The notes under the pieces are model-generated. The model was not told the origin of the DNA and made no database searches. It saw only the letters and a list, made by a program, of their open reading frames with translations. Of a DNA stretch of 24,000 nt, positions 21,827 through 24,000 are shown piece by piece. Every line of letters begins with the position of its first letter. Position 1 is the first letter of the stretch. Source of the stretch: Geobacter argillaceus (GTDB lineage: Bacteria; Desulfobacterota; Desulfuromonadia; Geobacterales; DSM-12255). The DNA is taken from NCBI RefSeq assembly GCF_007830735.1, contig NZ_VLLN01000017.1:14656-38655 (forward strand), read 5' to 3'. A program made the position numbers and the translations under genes.

Positions 21827-21846
21827 CTTTTATATAAGGGGTCATA

Positions 21847-22518
21847 ATGGAAAGAGAACACTACAGCAAGCAGTTTGACACCGAATTGAACGAGATACGC
21901 CAGAGGCTCCTGGAGATGGGGGGAAAGGTGGAGGTGATGATTAACGACTCCCTGAAGGCGCTGGTGGAACGGGACTCGGACCTGGCCGAACGGGTCATCG
22001 CCTCTGACCACGAGATCAACCGGCTGGAGATGGAGATCGATGAACGGTGCCTGGAGGTGCTGGCCCGTCGGCAGCCGGCTGCCAGGGACCTGCGCTTCAT
22101 CACCCTGGCCCTCAAGATCGTCACCGACCTGGAGCGGATCGGCGACCAGTGCCGCAATATCGGCAAACGGACGCTGGAGCTGAACGAAGAGCCGCCGCTG
22201 AAGCCTTACATTGACATGCCGCGCATGGCCCAGTGGTCCGGGGTAATGGTCAAGGAGGCACTGGATGCCTTTGTCCAGGGTGACGATCAGTTGGCCTACA
22301 AGGTCTGCCGGGACGACCAGTTCGTCGACGACCTGAACGACCAGATCCAACGGGAACTCCTGACCTTCATGATAGCCGACCCGACCAGCATCAGCCGCGC
22401 AATGAAGATCAACCAGATCTCGAAATGCCTGGAGCGAATCGCCGATCATGCCACCAATGTGGCGGAAATGGTCATCTTCATGATCAAGGGGAAGGACATC
22501 CGGCATATGTCCATCTGA
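21847..22518 (+). CDS. phoU: Phosphate signalling complex protein PhoU
   Basis: 223 aa. Two PhoU repeats, each ending in the metal-binding E(R)IGD/ADxxxN motif (ERIGDQCRNI, ERIADHATNV). Confidence 0.92.
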   Translation: MEREHYSKQFDTELNEIRQRLLEMGGKVEVMINDSLKALVERDSDLAERVIASDHEINRLEMEIDERCLEVLARRQPAARDLRFITLALKIVTDLERIGDQCRNIGKRTLELNEEPPLKPYIDMPRMAQWSGVMVKEALDAFVQGDDQLAYKVCRDDQFVDDLNDQIQRELLTFMIADPTSISRAMKINQISKCLERIADHATNVAEMVIFMIKGKDIRHMSI

Positions 22519-22545
22519 CTTCCGAGAGGTCGGCACATGTACAGA

Positions 22546-22561
22546 TGGCATGCCTTGTGCT
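22546..22561 (+). promoter_or_regulatory. Candidate sigma54 (-24/-12) promoter for nifV
   Basis: TGGCAT-gcctt-GTGCT has GG and GC separated by exactly 10 nt, as in the TGGCAC-N5-TTGC consensus. Lies about 100 nt upstream of the nifV ATG. Confidence 0.4.
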
Positions 22562-22600
22562 GTTCAGAGTGATATACTTCAGGCAATATCACTCTGAACA
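22561..22600. other. Perfect 15-bp inverted repeat with 10-nt spacer
   Basis: tgttcagagtgatat (22561..22575) / atatcactctgaaca (22586..22600). Overlaps the -12 element and the predicted start site of the sigma54-like promoter. No T-run. Confidence 0.6.
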
Positions 22601-22610
22601 AGCGGCAATG

Positions 22611-22643
22611 AGGCCTCGGGAGTTCTTCCCGGGGCCTTTTTTG
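22611..22643 (+). terminator. Rho-independent terminator (phoU terminator and/or nifV leader terminator)
   Basis: aggcctcggg (22611..22620), loop agttctt, cccggggcct (22628..22637) (10 bp, one GU), then six T. Ends 21 nt before the nifV ATG. Confidence 0.8.
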
Positions 22644-22663
22644 TTGCCGGAAAGGCAGCCACC

Positions 22664-23815
22664 ATGCCCATTATCTGTGCAGAACCGATCATCATCGACG
22701 ACACCACCCTGCGTGACGGGGAGCAGACCGCCGGCGTAGCCTTCAGCCGGAAGGAAAAAATCGCCATTGCCAGGATGCTCGATGCCATGGGGGTCCATGA
22801 GTTGGAATGCGGCATACCGGCCATGGGCGACGAGGAGTGCGGCTCGATCCGCGCCCTGGTGGAACTGGGGCTGAACGCACGGCTCATCACCTGGAACCGG
22901 GCACTGGTCGGCGATATCCGGGCGAGCATCGCCTGCGGCATTACTAGCGTCGACATCTCTCTGTCGGTTTCGGACATCATGATCAGGAATAAGCTGGGCA
23001 AGAACCGCGCCTGGGTGCGGGAACAGCTGAAACAGGCCCTCGGCTTTGCCAAGGAGAACGGGCTGTACGTGTCGGTGGGGGGAGAAGATGCCAGCCGGGC
23101 CGATCTTACCTTCCTGGCGGAACTGATGGACCTGGCCGTCACCATGGGGGCGGACCGGTTCCGCTTCTGCGACACCCTCGGCATCCTCGACCCGTTCACC
23201 ATGTTCGAAAAGGTCAGGGCACTCCACGGCGCCGTACCTTCCCTCCCCATCGAAGTACACACCCATAATGACCTGGGCATGGCCACTGCCAACGCCATTG
23301 CCGGCATCAAGGCCGGTGCCCGGTTCGTCAATACCACGGTCAACGGCCTGGGCGAACGGGCCGGCAACGCGGCCCTGGAAGAGGTGGTCATGGCCCTCAA
23401 GGTCGCCTGCGGCATCGATCCGGGCATAGATACCCATCGCTTCCGGGAGATATCCCGCTACGTCGGCCGGGCTTCACATCGCCCCGTACCGGCCTGGAAA
23501 GCAATCGTCGGCGAGCGGGCCTTTGCCCACGAATCAGGCATCCATGCCGACGGTGTAATCAAAAACCCTAAAAATTACGAAGGATTCGACCCCGGGGAGG
23601 TGGGCCTAACGCGCCAGATGGTGGTCGGCAAGCACTCCGGTACCAGCGGCCTTATCGAACGGTACCGTGCGGTCGGGATCACCCTCACCGGGGATGAAGC
23701 TGTGCTGCTCCTGGTGCGCGCCCGCAACATGGCCGGGGATCGAAAGCGCCCCCTGACCGATGCCGACCTTATGCGGCTCTATGAGACTTCAAGCAGCTCT
23801 CTGGCAGCGGCATGA
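22664..23815 (+). CDS. nifV: Homocitrate synthase (NifV-type; LeuA/CimA/NifV HMGL-like family)
   Basis: 383 aa. DDTTLRDGEQTAGVAFS, EVHTHNDLGMATANAIAG, NTTVNGLGERAGNAALEE. Its length and the lack of a LeuA regulatory domain fit NifV rather than LeuA/CimA. Confidence 0.8.
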   Translation: MPIICAEPIIIDDTTLRDGEQTAGVAFSRKEKIAIARMLDAMGVHELECGIPAMGDEECGSIRALVELGLNARLITWNRALVGDIRASIACGITSVDISLSVSDIMIRNKLGKNRAWVREQLKQALGFAKENGLYVSVGGEDASRADLTFLAELMDLAVTMGADRFRFCDTLGILDPFTMFEKVRALHGAVPSLPIEVHTHNDLGMATANAIAGIKAGARFVNTTVNGLGERAGNAALEEVVMALKVACGIDPGIDTHRFREISRYVGRASHRPVPAWKAIVGERAFAHESGIHADGVIKNPKNYEGFDPGEVGLTRQMVVGKHSGTSGLIERYRAVGITLTGDEAVLLLVRARNMAGDRKRPLTDADLMRLYETSSSSLAAA

Positions 23816-23884
23816 CCATAAAGAGTGGGAACGGATCGTGCTAAACTGGATACAACGACTTCTGACGGTAAAAGGAGAACCACC

Positions 23885-24000
23885 TTGAAAACTGTACTGA
23901 TCTGCGATGACGAACCGATTATCAGAAGCGGCCTGAAGGCATACCTTGCCAAGCTCGGCTTTGAAACCATCATCGAGTGCTGCGATGGCGAGGCAGCTGT
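23885..24000 (+). CDS. Response regulator, receiver domain N-terminus (partial, continues beyond window)
   Basis: TTG 23885 lies 8 nt after AAAGGAG. (M)KTVLICDDEPIIRSGLKAYLAKLGFETIIECCDGEAAV has the typical receiver beta1-alpha1-beta2 with the DD acidic pair. Confidence 0.7.
   Translation, partial: MKTVLICDDEPIIRSGLKAYLAKLGFETIIECCDGEAA

Noticed and set aside
20977-22551. 524-aa minus-strand ORF spanning pstB and phoU
   Set aside because: It is antisense to two textbook genes, crosses their intergenic region, and has no motifs.
22576-22620. Full ANTAR dual-hairpin target in the nifV leader
   Set aside because: Only one weak 3-bp hairpin with an A..G.. hexaloop was found. The second hairpin of the canonical tandem pair is not evident, so this stays a remark inside the nifV-leader finding and is not called as a feature.
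22579-23437. Two 282-aa minus-strand ORFs antisense to nifV
   Set aside because: Shadow frames opposite a CDS with clear HMGL-like motifs.
1-24000. Scan for CRISPR arrays, IS elements or transposases, integrases, tRNA/rRNA genes, prophage or toxin-antitoxin modules
   Set aside because: No spaced direct-repeat arrays, no terminal inverted repeats flanking transposase-like ORFs, and no tRNA-like cloverleaf or rRNA-like sequence. The window looks like core chromosome with local decay, not a mobile island.

Overview
GC-rich (about 60%), densely coding chromosomal segment. Its gene content and RNA elements look Geobacter-like (Desulfuromonadales); the taxon is inference only. No rRNA, tRNA, CRISPR array, transposase or integrase was seen.

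Gene order, left to right:
- Two tandem aldehyde dehydrogenases (one partial, plus gabD-like) on the minus strand.
- A small membrane protein.
- A YbiT-like ABC-F ATPase preceded by a leader terminator and followed by a 10-bp-phased repeat array.
- An in-frame-collapsed Leu/Val-dehydrogenase relic, convergent with a 2-oxoacid (branched-chain type) dehydrogenase E1alpha-E1beta-E2 operon.
- An orphan receiver protein, then DUF2127 and DUF1499 membrane proteins.
- A molybdenum-cofactor operon, mobA-mobB-(ModE N-domain-only)-moeA.
- Divergent from that operon, a Cys-rich MarR gene translationally coupled to the mercury-methylation pair hgcA-hgcB.
- A GEMM-I (c-di-GMP/cGAMP class) riboswitch with terminator, in front of a lipoprotein built from six DUF5666-like repeats.
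- Abutting CheW and histidine-kinase gene fragments.
- A complete pstS-pstC-pstA-pstB-phoU operon with Pho-box-like repeats.
- nifV-like homocitrate synthase behind a sigma54-like promoter and leader terminator.
- The start of another response regulator.

The most unusual observation is an in-frame TGA at 14289..14291. It separates a strongly initiated Cys-rich 34-codon ORF from the conserved HgcA body and has a GC hairpin just downstream. This makes it a candidate selenocysteine (Cys-Sec pair) in HgcA.

Most long ORFs on the opposite strands of these genes are high-GC shadow ORFs and were rejected.
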